From: Azolla caroliniana
Taxonomy: Eukaryota > Plantae > Polypodiophyta
Assembly: GCA_043228905.1 (NCBI GenBank)
Contig: JBHGNT010000003.1
Coordinates: 20,212,001-20,276,000, forward strand
Length of the DNA: 64,000 nt
Reading direction: 5' to 3'
Shown: one piece after another, positions 1 to 13,005 of the stretch
How the letters are laid out: each line of letters opens with the position of its first letter
How positions within the stretch are numbered: position 1 is the first letter of the stretch
Position numbers and translations under genes: made by a program
The notes under the pieces: generated by a model
Told to the model about the DNA's origin: nothing
Databases searched by the model: none
What the model saw: the letters and a program-made list of their open reading frames with translations, nothing else

Positions 1-376
1 TATTTGAGTTAACTTACTTCTTATTTTTCTATATTTTTATTATTGTCATTGAATATTATAATTTATTATTATTATTATTAACGTTTATTCTTTATTATAA
101 TGATGAAGATGATATGATATGATCAGTGAGGTTTAAAAAGGGTAGGGGAAGGGGGGGGGGGGGACAGCAAAAAAATAAGTAGATAAAATAAATAAATAGT
201 GTAGAGAGGGGAGAGAAAAAGTAATAAATATATATATACATATTACATACACATATATATGTATAATATATTACATATGTATGTATATGTATGAATATAT
301 TATTATATATATACTGTATATATATGTATATAATATATTACATATATGCATGTGAGTTGTCAAAAGGAAGGGGTTG

Positions 377-378
<2 letters not shown>

Positions 379-411
<33 letters not shown>

Positions 412-470
412 AATAGTCATCATCCACCCATCCATGCATGCATGCATGCATCCATCCATCCATCCATACA
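379..470. repeat. Simple repeats (CAT)n, (CATG)n, (CATC)n
   Basis: Seen directly; these produce the spurious poly-His/poly-Met ORFs. Confidence 0.9.
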
Positions 471-3400
471 TCCAAAAGCTATCCACCACATGGGGCCCCA
501 TTTGCCATTTAATGCTCTCCTCCTTCGTTTTCTCAACTTCCTAAGCCCATGCTCCCATGCCCCCCCCCCCCCCCCCCCCCCTACCCCCAACCAAAAAAAC
601 CTTCTCCAACCTCGAGAACTCGGACCTCCATATACGTACACCCACCCCATATACATACATACTTACTTACTTCCATTGTCGACTTCCTTTTCACGTGGCC
701 AAAGCGATAGCAAGTGCGTAGCACGAATAATGTAAGCCATAATAACGAAAAGCAAACCCCCCCAAAAAAACATGTGGCATTTGAAACCCAATCAAGATAA
801 TAGTAGTAGTAGTAGTAGTAGTATGTAGTAATCGTAATTGTAACATCATTCTTTGCTCGCTTTGGATATTTGGTTCATTTCCTCGCCTGCCAATCATCGC
901 ACCAATATGTGTCATTCCTCCTTTAATGTGATCCTGTTGTCCAGGCTCCATATCAATATCAGTGTAATAGTATTAACATCGTTGGGCACGAATTGAAATC
1001 CGATAGGAATACCATGTCTCGTTTGTATGGCTTTCCTTACGAACCAAGTCAAGCCAAGCATCATCTATGTTTGCCTTCTGCCCTACATGTTACCCACCTC
1101 AATGGCTAATAGTATACTTCCGTGCCTTTCTAGAAGTTCTCTCTCCTCTCTCTATGCAACCAACCATAAAAAATAAAAGATGGCATTTTTGTTGAGGATA
1201 CCCATAAGTTAAAGCCCAAGGTTGGGAAAAGAAGAAGATATATTGATTCTCTCCATTGCACCTTGCTGAGATTTTGCCTTCTACGATGTCACCTATGTCA
1301 CCTAAATGTGGGATGGCCACATTCTTCTTGTTCTCGAATGATGCCCCATGTGACTTTGTCATTTGCAATGCTTGAAGATTGCACATTATTGCCAATCTAC
1401 ACACTTGTGTATGTACGCACTAAATGTGTTTCCCAAACCAATTTCATTGTTGTTACATGAACATCAAAGTATATGATTGTTCACTTAGAGTTCAAAGTCC
1501 TCCCATTTCTTCTTAAACCCCATCTAATTTGTTGTGACATTTGTCATCCATCTTGGAATGAGCTCAATATTAACCAATGCATGCCATATATTTCTCTAAT
1601 AAGAAGAACAAGAAAGGCTGATAAGTTGTGAATATTGCTTGTTCATTAGTACTATAACTCTCGGTTGCTTGAAACCATTCACATCGTTATTCTCAAAGAG
1701 GAAATCGCTACTATTTTAACTATATTCCAACAATTTGCTTGTGTTTTAGAAGTGGTTACATTAGACCAACAACAAAGACAAGCCAAGCTCATTCAAAATC
1801 ATACAATGAGGACTATTTGTCAACTTTGATGCTCCCTAATCATCATCCATACACTAGAAAGCAATCTCATAGTATTGAAGTTTTGGTTGAACAATTGTTT
1901 CTCCTTTTTCATTGCCCTAATGTGAAAGAGTCGATGCTTCTCTCCTTTTCATCTACCCCAAGAAGGCACATAATGCACACAAAAAATTCACCCAATGTAT
2001 TTTTGTTGCATTATTATGGTAATGCTTGACTAAATTCAAATATGCATTAATGTTCAATACCGCATAGTTTAATGAGGGCAATGTAAAAGAATGTAATGAG
2101 GAAAGGTTTGCCATGGGATAAGAGTCACGTCCCACAAGTCTCAAGAGACATAATATATTCGCAAGGTTGAAGTAAAAACCTTTTCTAGGGCACGAATTCA
2201 TTGATCATAGACCACGTCAAAGTAAGTTTAACCTTCTAGGGCATGAATTCAATCAATCATAAACCGTCTTCAAAGTAAGGTAAGCTTCTAAAAGATGTCT
2301 AGGATAATGCATCTAGTGGCCTATGTGATAACTCTTTTAAAATTGTGTCTATGTATGGCCAATGCATAATTTATAGCATGTGGAATGCGCACAAACAATA
2401 CTCTTCTCTTCAATGACTATGTCATCCAAAATGGAGGTCAATTCCTAAGATTCAATATAACTCCGCCTTTTACATTGGTAAAAATGTATTCCAAAAGTAT
2501 CTATTCGGTTGCAAGTTTCATGACTAATTTCTAGAGTGGATACACTCCCCTTGTGAGCATTTTGATTTATGGATTTACATGAAGAAGGGAAAACAAAGAT
2601 ACACTCTAAAGGGATTGATCACCCAAAATGTGGACAATAAGGGCTTATGAGCAACATTCTAAAGTAGAGAGCAATATCATTTATAGTGTTACTTAATGTT
2701 ATTGGGGTTCATTTAAAATTTAAAGAGAGAAATATCATAGGACCCGTATCCACAACCGGTGTTGCTCTAACCTAACCATTGTACAATGGCAAAACCACTC
2801 AACTAATTCAGTGAAAATTTACACATACAAGTGACAGAGGTCATGGCCCTCTCCCCCTCCCGACATACAGAGAACAAGATCAAATGAGGTGAAACAATGC
2901 ACAAGAGACTTGAAAATGTTTACAATGGACCTTTATAATGAGACAATTAATAATTATATGAATCATAGTACGTAATATACTTGAATACATTGGCAAGCAT
3001 TCATTTTTCATACGAATGAAAACGAATGCGTATGTTATCAAAACATTCTTATGTTTTCTTTTACACTTTTTACCTTAACTTTCTTACCTTTAAAAAACCG
3101 TATAATAAATAATGAATACAAAACTATGGTATTTACCATGCTTCGAGGGTGTTTACCATATTCGAATGTTTGAAACATTCTCAAATGCAAATGCATGTAT
3201 GAATAGTGGCATTAGTGTATCACTAAGCCCACCACAAATTGATTTTGGCAATTTTAATTTTACAAACCAAGTTTGTGTTTTCAAGGTTGAAAGACACAAG
3301 AGAAAATACAATGAGGACACCTTGGTTACATCCTACTACAGTTCCATAACAATAATGAACACATTGTTAATAGGAGCAACGATGTTACAATTAAAAATAT

Positions 3401-4777
3401 TTGTGCACAAGAGTTTGAAAAGCCTTATTCTTATAACAGTTCCAACTTGGTAGTATCACAAATGACAACTAGGATCAAATGATGGACAATTTAGAGGCCC
3501 GTAAGTGATTGATTATCATAATACTTATTATTGTCTCAAAATCTAAGGAAACATTCTCATTAGATCATTGCAACTTTCCAAATCTAATAAAGAAGAACCC
3601 TACTTTTGTAAAATATACTAGATTTCAATATCATACATGTCAAAACATTTCTTCTCGTACAAAGAAATTAAGGGAAATGAAGGCATTACGAGGAATAAAA
3701 TGTAGCATTCAAAAGAACATGTTGTTTGTGATTACCATATGTATATGCATACACATTTGTATGCATGGTCTTACCCATTGCAATTGCATGCACACACACC
3801 CCTTCCCCAAATCTATTTTTGATGTAGGGGAGGCCTAGGAGAATCTTTTTCGAACATATTACATCTGAAACCGATCATTTCGGAAGGAACTTGTAACCAA
3901 ATAAATAATATATATATATATATCTCCATCCTTACATAGACTTGCCTTTCAAATTCCATTATTTCATAATCAACTTAAGGTCGCTTTTCAAAAGTAGTCC
4001 TTATGATTGCCCACATAGACAAAAGCAAACCCTTGAAGATATGATGACAAATTATTGAGTTTCTTGCCTATCACTACAGCAATTAATTTTATGAGAATTT
4101 AATTAACAAGTTCTCTCCAAAAAAGAGTATCCTATAATTCTACCTTGCTTTTGTATTAATGGCTTTTGGCAATATTTTCATTATTATTATCTTATGAACC
4201 CACACCATGGCCAACAATAGCTCAAAAAGTATCAATGCCTAGAATACATAGCAACAACGCAAATTGCTTGTTGTTGCCATTGTAGTTCTTTTCAACAAGG
4301 AACATCAATTATAAATCAAAGAACATGGGTGGTGTGTCTCTTATAATGATTGTGGTTCTAAGTACATAGACCAAACCATCTTATAGGCATCAACCTTCAC
4401 CTTAATAGAAGGTGCAATAGAGTCACCTAAGCTCTTGATCTTAATTATATTGCCGTCGATGGGTATACCTCTTTGTTGCATGATGACTAATTTATTTGTT
4501 GTAAACTTTTTGCACCACAAAGAACGCATGTACGCACATACACACATGGGAGAAAGAAAATGAAGGCAAGAAATAGGAGAGGCCCAAGCATACAAGTTTC
4601 ATAGTAATGGTTTCAAGTGTCTCCATGAGACTATTTGTATTAACCACAAAAGTTATACAACATGTGTCTAATGACAATTTGTGTTTCATACATAGACATG
4701 ATTTATCACAATATCCACTATTGGTCAATGTGAGAGAAGAGGGGAAATTTAAAGAATGACAAAGAAGAATACCAAAG

Positions 4778-6519
4778 CTTTGGCATCAGGAGGAAGTCTT
4801 GCCTTATTTCTTGTACGGAGAGTGATTTGGAATGTTTGGGATGGCGAGGGTCAGTGGTTACACGAGGATCAATTTATCAACATTTGGCTTATCCATTGGG
4901 TGTGGATGTTACAAATGTTCAATTGATTGGATTGGATTGGTAGTAAATTGAAGGACAAATTTATGTATTGGACGTAGTCTCAATTATGGCCCTTTCATGT
5001 ACGACTCAAAGTGGTGCAATGTATCTTGATACCCATGTTATTATATTTTTTGCCTTTACTACATTGGATTAAGAAGGCATTACAAAACATGTTACAACCT
5101 ATTCGGTTCATGTTGTGGCGGAAGGGAGAAATGATGGGAGTTACATGTATTTCATGGGACCATTTGGCTACTCCTAAAAGGTTAGGTGGTGCAGCAATAT
5201 TGGATTTGGAAAGACATTTGATGGCTCATAGATTTGCATTATTACGAGATATATGTCAACAAGATCGACCGTGGATATCTATGATGCAATATTTTATTGA
5301 GCATGAAGGATTGGTACACGGGAAAACAAAGATTCAAGCATCCTGGCGGTGATTACTCAATGGAAGTATTCCTCTAAATTTTTGACATTCTGTATGTAGA
5401 CAACATTTGGTAAGATCGTGGCAAGATGCATTATCTCTTTTTGAATGGGGACCATCAAGTGATCGAGAATATTGTAATTCATTACAAAATGAATTGTTTT
5501 TTTCTTCTCGAGTGTTGTTTTGGCATGGGAAAGAGAAGTTGAGATCTCAATTCAATCGTTTATTTCGATTGGGGATTGTACATTTGGAAGATGTGGTTGA
5601 TAATGAACCACAAAGGTTGTCAGATTTTGAAGATGCCAAGCGATGATTATGTATTCCCCCAAATTATGGATTTATTTGGGAGAAATTACAAGATATACCA
5701 TTGTTGCAAGGATCTTTGCCATTGAAAACAAATTTTGCACCTTGGGTGGATTGGCGGTTACAAGATGGTACAGGCTTGTTACAGGTCACTACAAATATAT
5801 TGTATCATCATGCGATGGCATTATTATCTTAGTTATCTCCTAAAGCAACGAAGTTGTGGAATGTTTGTAAGTTAGATGCAAGGTGGTGGAAAATATTACA
5901 ACGTGGTTGGCATTCCCATCTACCATTTCGTGCAAAGGTATTCATATGGAGAGTCATGATTGGTGGGCTCCCATTAGGTTCGACCTTAAAGAGACGAGGA
6001 CTAGGGTCCGACAATTGTTTCTTTTGCACCGTTCCATTGGAGGATAATACACATAGGTTTATTAAATGTCCTATAGCGTGTACCATTTGGAAGTACTTAA
6101 AGGACATTTGGCAAGTTTTAACCCGTTGTTGTTTGAGACCTCAACAATGGGTTTTTTTTCAATATGTTCAAAATGGTTCAAATGATGATATGGAGATATT
6201 GTTCCAATTTTTACATTATTGGGGTCTACAACACAATTGGAATATGTGTAATGCTTTCATGTTTGATAATAGACATGCGGTGAAAGCCTATATAAACAAA
6301 CTGAAAGGTATTCTCATGTGGAAATTTTGGATGTTAGAGCATGTGGGGATCATTTCTTCAAATGCATATTCTGGTTTTTTTAATAGCATTACTAAACGTC
6401 CCTTTCCCTACATAGGCATATGATAGGTACTCTCCCTACATAGGCGCATGATAGGTAGAAGAGACCTTAAGTGTTGTAACTAAGTGGATATAATTGTGTG
6501 CTTTTACCAAAAAAAAATT
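4778..6519 (+). mobile_element. 5'-truncated, degenerate L1-type LINE (end of ORF2 with RT-associated zinc-binding region)
   Basis: Broken ORFs 5011-5352 (ISWDHLATPKRLGGAAI) and 5854-6423 (KVFIWRV...CFFC...HRFIKCP...IW) match the C-terminus of plant L1 ORF2. There is an A9 tail at 6509-6517 and the 10-bp direct repeat AATACCAAAG at 4768-4777 and 6520-6529 (TSD). Confidence 0.85.
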
Positions 6520-6699
6520 AATACCAAAGTGTCCTTGTCACAAGGTGAGGGAGGACATATAAGAGCTATGCCTCCTACCTAATGACCATGCTACATAAGG
6601 TAGCACAAAAGCTAGGTAATCCCCAAGCAAACAAATGTCCAAATGCATAAACGTGTAAGGTATTACTAGAGGCATATGCAACATTTTCTAACGAGGTGA

Positions 6700-7165
6700 C
6701 TTCTCAAGACAAAATTGCATGTGGTTACGCAATCTTGAATGAATTGGTAACACGCATCAAATGGTTTTTCTTTGCATGATACATCAAATTCTAGCTAAGG
6801 CGATAACACTCTCTATTAGTGAACAATTGAGGCACATGTTGAGGTATGCCCATGTCAAATGCTAGTTTAGAATGCCACAATGCTTCCTTACATGTTGCAC
6901 TACTAGCAACATACTCTGCGTTTGTTGTGGAAACAATTTTACATTCTTGAAGATGAGATCTCCAAGAAATAACATCTCCTAGAAAATGAAAGATACACCT
7001 TAAATGAGAATTTATGATGTCTAAACATCCAACATTGTTAGAATCCATGTACCCAATAATTAGTTCTTCACCTCTACCTAAAACACTTATCATTAGTGCC
7101 ACTTAGATATCTTAATATGAACTTAACCGCTTCATAATGCTTCCTACTAGGATTTGACATGTATC
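6700..7165 (-). pseudogene. Degenerate Ty1/Copia RT C-terminus/RNase H fragment
   Basis: ORF 6791-7102 reads GYMDSN...ISWRSHLQEC..STTNAEYVASSATCKEALW. The adjacent sequence reads RYMSNPSRKHYEAVKFILRYL. Both are homologous to the RNase H region of the intact Copia at 13006-17019. Boundaries are approximate. Confidence 0.8.
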
Positions 7166-7167
7166 TA

Positions 7168-7706
7168 CTTTTTTATTTATAAACAAACTACACCATAGTT
7201 TCCATTACCAATCCAATAAGCGTATACAAAGCATATAATGATACAATCTAGTGGAGGGTAAGATAACAGAGAAAAGTTATATCCCCCACTATGTCATAAT
7301 TGAAACCAAACTCCATCAATGGAGGAAATAACCATCGAGGGGGTACAAATTGCCAAAAACCCTTTTGTCATTTCTCTCTAGAAAGACGAACAAATCCTTC
7401 CACTTGCCTTTAAAGGACCATTTCAGAAAAATGGTATCATCATTACCAATGAAGGAGCCATATTGATCTTTTAAAATTGAAATAAGCATCGACCAAATTT
7501 CCTTCACACAATGAATAGGATTTTGCTTTATTTGTTGAAACACATTTTTGCATTGATCTATCCAAATATTCCACAAAACCACCGATGATATCGTATCCCA
7601 TATTGTGGCATCTACATTAAACCAATTTGAGCTTGAATATGGTATGTCCTTAACTTGTATTCCCCTAGTTTGAAGGGTAAATAGTAAGTTTCATAATTAT
7701 GCTTAT
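7168..7706 (-). mobile_element. LINE 3'-end remnant
   Basis: ORF 7316-7582 (LWNIWIDQCKNVF...) resembles the W.IW..RN..VF end of L1 ORF2. A T-run at ~7168-7178 would be its poly(A) tail. It is cut at 7707 by the Copia A LTR. Confidence 0.55.
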
Positions 7707-7990
7707 TGTTGAGAATCAATCTCAACTTCCGTAGTATAGGACACACCCTGGTGTGTGAACACCCCACCACCTACTATTGTAACTAATGTGTCATAGAATC
7801 TTATAGTTCTATGACACATATTCAATGTAGTTAAGTCTCCACCTCCCTTTAGTTAAGAGGTGGTTGTAGAAAGAGAATATAAAGAGAATATAAAGAGAAG
7901 GTGACTATATAAGCACCTTTCCACCTTATTTGTAACCGTTGGTCATTCTTGTTTCCTTGTAATACATCTTTCTGTTTTTCTGTAACCCTG

Positions 7991-8039
<49 letters not shown>

Positions 8040-9009
8040 CACACACACACACAAAGTTCTTCCACTACACAGAATCACTCTCGATTCTTTACATGGTATC
8101 AGAGCATGTAGTAGCTTGATCAAAGTCCATCACCTCTGCGTGCGTTGTGCCTAATCTCGAGTTCGGAAAGAACCGGCTGATCACTGTAGCAGTAACCTAC
8201 ACAGTTTGTATCAAAGAAAAGAAGAAGAAGAAGTTCGACAATGAACACTCAGATGGGAAGCGCTCTTCCTACTGAGAAGCTCGACAGAAACAACTTTGCA
8301 TCTTGGCAGTACAAGATGCACCAATATCTTGTCAGCCAAGGCTATTGGGGCTACATCGAAGGAGTGCAAGAAACACAACCCAACCTAACACACGTTGACT
8401 ACCTAGCCTAGGAGTAGATTACGAACCGTGTGTTGTATTGCCTTGCATCATGCGTACATGATCACATGCTTGGCTACATTCGAGTGGCAAAAATGCCGAA
8501 GGAGGCATAGGGGAACCTCAAGAAAATCTTCACGGCCAATATGGCTGCTCGCAAACTTCAATTCTAGTGGGAGTTGAACAACATTCAAAAGAGGAACATG
8601 TCAATTGGCAACTACACCTTGAAGATCAAGGAGTTGTGCGACGCCCTTGGGTCGATCAATGTCAACATTGACGACAATGAAATGGTGTAGATATGCCTCG
8701 GAGGCTTGGCACCTTGGTTTGGCGCTATAAGGGCGGCCATTCTTGCAAGAGAGAATCCTCCCTCCTTCGATCTTCAGTCAATGTTACGAGTTGAAGAGAA
8801 TCACGTCCGAGCAAGGAGCAATGTGCAAGAGGGACACATGCTCTATTCGAACTCAACCAAGTTCGACACAACCAAGGGCAGTCCCATGACCACAACTTCT
8901 ACTATCGGCAAGAAGCCACAAACTCATGAGGTAGAGCCTCAGGTAGAAGGGGAGCAATCAGGCCAGACCCAACAACCATAACAACTCCGTTCAGTGTGGA
9001 TATTGTGGT
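7707..9009 (+). mobile_element. Copia A: 5' LTR (7707-8093), Met-i PBS and degenerate gag, interrupted at the zinc knuckle
   Basis: LTR runs TGTTGAG...TTTACA and is followed directly by TGGTATCAGAGC (8094-8105). The gag starts at 8241 (MNTQMGSALPTEKLDRNNFASWQYKMHQYL...), contains stops, and ends at CGYCG (9009) where the next LTR begins. Confidence 0.8.
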
Positions 9010-9213
9010 TGTTGAGAGTCGAACACAAATTCCCTTAGATAGGTTTCACACTAGCTCATGGACATGTTGGGCTAGTTTTGTAAATAATAGAAAGGGCAGT
9101 TGCCCTAGCTTAGTTGGTATATAAACCAACGCATTGTAACTTAGTTGTTGTTGGATGTTTTATGTTTTGATGTAATTTTCGTTAATATACAGTTTGTCCA
9201 TCTCTGACGTAAG

Positions 9214-9268
<55 letters not shown>

Positions 9269-10074
9269 GAGACACACACACACTCATCTTCCGCTGCATT
9301 ACAACCATTCTTGCCTCCTCATTTCTTTACATGGTATCAAAGCATGTGGTTGCCCGATCAAGCCTATTCGACTGTGTTGTGTTGCATGCCGATGATCAAT
9401 AGGCTCGGCCCATCGATAGAGAAGAAATCACCATGAATACTCAAATGGGAAGCACTCTTCCTACCGAGAAGCTTGACAGAACGAACTTTGCATCTTGAGA
9501 ATACAAGATGCATCGATACCTTGTCGGACAAGGCTACTGGAGCTACATTGAAGGAGCTCACGAATCACACCCCAACCCAACACACGCTGACTATCCCGGT
9601 TGGGAGCAGGCCGCAAGTCGTGTGTTGTATTGCCTTGCATCATGCGTTCATGGTCATATGCTTGGCTACATTCGAGAGGCAAAAACGCCGAAACAGGCGT
9701 GGGAAAACCTCAAGAAGATCTTCGTAGCCAATACGGCCGCACGAAAGCTCCAACTTCGATAGGAGCTAAACAATCTTCAACAAAGAGACATGTCAATCGA
9801 CAACTACACCTTAAAGATCAAGGATTTGTGCGATGCCCTTGGATCGATCAATGTTAGCATTGACCACAAAGAAATGGTGCAGATATGCCTCGGTGGCTTG
9901 GCACCGCAATTTGGCGCAATAAGATCGGTTGTTCTCGCGTGAGAGAATCCTCCCTCCTTTTTTTATCTCCAATCATTGTTGCTAGTTGAAGAGAATCACG
10001 TGCGTCAAAGGAACAACGCGCATGACGGACAAATGCTATATTTGAACTTCGATGGAGGAAGAGGACAAAGCCGC

Positions 10075-10898
10075 TATCGTGGCGTGGCTTGCCTAGAAGC
10101 GTACCGTTGCGTAGACAAAAGATATCGTGAAAGTGAGGAAGGAATCATTGGGATTATAGACGGAAGAGACGAAAGAGTAGAGATAGAGTAAATAGAGATC
10201 AACAAGATATGACAACATAGGATATTGAATGATATTTGAAGGAATAAAAGAGATTTATAATTATTTGATGAAAGAGTTACAAAAGTGGTTGTAAGCGTTG
10301 TTGATCCTTCGAACTTGGTCTCACAAGATAATCGCTCTTCTCTTTCTTGATAGTAGGCCACACCAATCTTCAGTTCAATATTTTGATGAAGATAAGGCTC
10401 GAACCGCCTCCCTCTTGTTGAGAGTTGACCACCACGATCGCCAAGCTAGAGTTCCACCTTTATGTTGAACTTCTTCCTTTCTTTTTCTATTTTATGGTAT
10501 CTCTTATGTAATATATATTTGATTGATATCTCATATCTCTCCCCCTTTGATCTTCTCTTTCACCATTTAAATAGGTGCCCCCATGCATATGATGCATAGG
10601 AGGGTACAAGTCATGCATGTGATGCATGATAGGCATCTCGCTCATTTGAGCTTTCATGTATGAAAAAATATATGGGATAACAATAAGCATGAAAATATAG
10701 TTTTAAAAACAAAGGACCTAGCCTAATGGTAGGTGTGTTGACTTTGGTATATGAGGTTGTGGGTTTGAGTCTCTCAAATATTATTGAATACAACATGTAT
10801 CATGAAGCAAAAGTCTAGAGTAAATGGTAAGATTTGAAAGTCATAGGGTGGGGTTATTGGTTCAAGTCCTCTCTTGTTCGTGTAATATAATATATTTA

Positions 10899-10946
<48 letters not shown>

Positions 10947-11093
10947 TTTTCTTTATATATATATATATATATATAATATTATCATATGTGTTGTTAATAT
11001 TATCTTTATATATAAAACATTATCAAATGTTATTTTAGTTACGTATTTATCTTATTGTAGACTTTTAATGTGAAGCTTTCGTAGTTTACGACA
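10075..11093 (-). repeat. Gypsy 3' LTR (~1019 bp)
   Basis: Colinear with 20200-21233. The + strand ends are TATCGTGG (mutated TGTCG) and TACGACA. It abuts the PPT, which reads GAGGGGGTGGA on the minus strand. Confidence 0.9.
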
Positions 11094-12147
11094 TCCACCC
11101 CCTCTAGACCTGCACATCCTCCGGCATGTGCCACTATCTTTCATCTTCACGTTGATCCATTGGAGGAGGTTCAAGCTCAAACCTTTTCTTAAATACTTTT
11201 ATCCTCTTTCCAGCTACCACGTTTAGGATTAGTGTCCCATCCAATTCACTAAGCTTATAAGTAAAGTTATCATATACTTTTCTTATTATATAAGGCCCAA
11301 ACCATCTTTTAGTGAACTTGCAAACGGTGCTATGTTGATTATCTAAACTGCTATCATACACGAGCACCCAATCTCCTTCTATTTTCTTAGGTTGAATTCT
11401 ATGAGTTTTATCAAAAAGAATTTTATTCTTCAGTCGAGCCTCCTTCAATCGTTGGGCTGCTATTTCTATATCTTCAGGTCAACGCTCTAATTGTTGAATT
11501 CACAAAGCAAGTAATTCTTCTCTGCTCACCTCTTCTTTCCATGGAATATATATCCATGACATAATTGATTCTTCTACCGGCATGATGGGCTTTTGGCCAA
11601 GTATCAATTCAGTTGGCATGTATCATGTTACTGAACTATGAGTTGTTCGATCCGCCCATAGTGCATAAGGTAGCATGCATGGCCAATCTCTTATTTTACC
11701 TTTCAGCTTTTCACGATCGCCTTAACTATTGGGTTATGTCCTCTTTCAATCTTTCCATTGGATTTTGGATTATACGCAGTTGTAAGTGATAATTTGACCC
11801 CTATTCGGTTGAAGAATTCTCTAGCTTCATCAGAGTCAAGTTCTCCTCTATCTGCAATTATTTTACCAACACACCCATAACGACATATTACATCTTCTAA
11901 CAAAAATTTACATATAACTCTAGTTGTTTTTTGTCGTAGTGGTCTTCCTTCTACTTGGTTTGTAAGGTCTTCTCTTGCTAGTACTAAATATCCCATTTGA
12001 CCTTCCCCACGTGGCATTGTCACTAGATCGACTATCCATTTATAATGCATTGATGATGAATATGTTGGTTTTAGCTCATATCGATACCAGATAGTTGAAT
12101 ACCTCTGGCAGACCTCACAGGTTTCCACAAATTTCGTTACATCTTTA

Positions 12148-12429
12148 TGTCGAATACATGTGTATAATGGACGTATTCACACTATCCCGTTTTGGCCATT
12201 TATGTAATTAGCATAAAGGGTAGTTGCCCTAAGTTGGTCACTATATATAGTGACCTTGTAACCTCTTTGTGAGGTTGGTTGTTGTATTCTAGTTTATGCA
12301 ATAGAAAGACTTTTTTGTGCCTCTCTCTCCCTCTCTCTCTGTGCAACGACCTACATTCTGTCATTCACAGGGAATAAACAGGAATCGAGTGCTTCTTGAT
12401 CTTCCGCACAGACGACATTGCTTCCAACA
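12148..12429 (+). repeat. Copia C 5' LTR
   Basis: Direct repeat of 17213-17494. Confidence 0.97.
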
Positions 12430-13005
12430 TCTGGTATCAGAGCCTGCACAGTAGTCGGTCCTTCAATCCGCTGTCGGTCGTCGTCTCTGCATTCGGTTTC
12501 CTGCGTCATTCGAAGAAAGAGAGAAGAAGAACGAAAACGAGGTTTGCACCTCATCGCGTTAGATCCCCTTGCTTGGAGTAAGCCAGCAGGTTGTACTCTG
12601 TCCCTTGTGATCGTAACCGCTCGAGGTGAAATCCCCTTGTGCAACTTTGACAACAACCCAAATTCGTGCTTCATCTGGCTGATCGACATTCGGGAGGATC
12701 ACTCGGATCCGTATCTCTCGTCGCTGCAGTCACCCGAAGCCGAATCGGTCCAGATAATCGGTTTCAATAATCGGTATTCGGCACATATATCCGAAGCGAA
12801 CCGGGCTCACTCCGACTCGGCAACATTCGGGAAGACCAGTCGGTTCTGTCCCTCAAGTTACCGGAGTCAATTCGAGCAAGTTCCGAAGCCGAACCGACTC
12901 GGGTTCAAATCCGACTAGAACGATATCGGGTGAGCCAACCGGCTGCACTCCAACAAGATTCGTAGTCAACTCCGAACCGAGCTTCGTCAACCGAAACCGA
13001 ATTTG

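Noticed and set aside
271-735. His/Met/Pro/Gly-rich ORFs
   Set aside because: They are translations of (CAT)n, (CATG)n and poly-C simple repeats.
2990-3220. Possible MITE with GAATG/CATTC motifs
   Set aside because: No convincing TIR pair or TSD.
10714-10775. Functional tRNA gene in the Gypsy LTR
   Set aside because: No proper acceptor or anticodon stem, so it is reported only as a tRNA-derived module.
10074-10796. ORFs duplicated at 20178-20947 as a repeated gene
   Set aside because: They are chance frames in the two Gypsy LTRs.
12351-12918. 112-aa and 166-aa ORFs in the Copia C LTR/leader as extra genes
   Set aside because: No recognisable domain, the longer ORF starts at TTG inside the LTR, and open frames are expected in this GC-rich leader.
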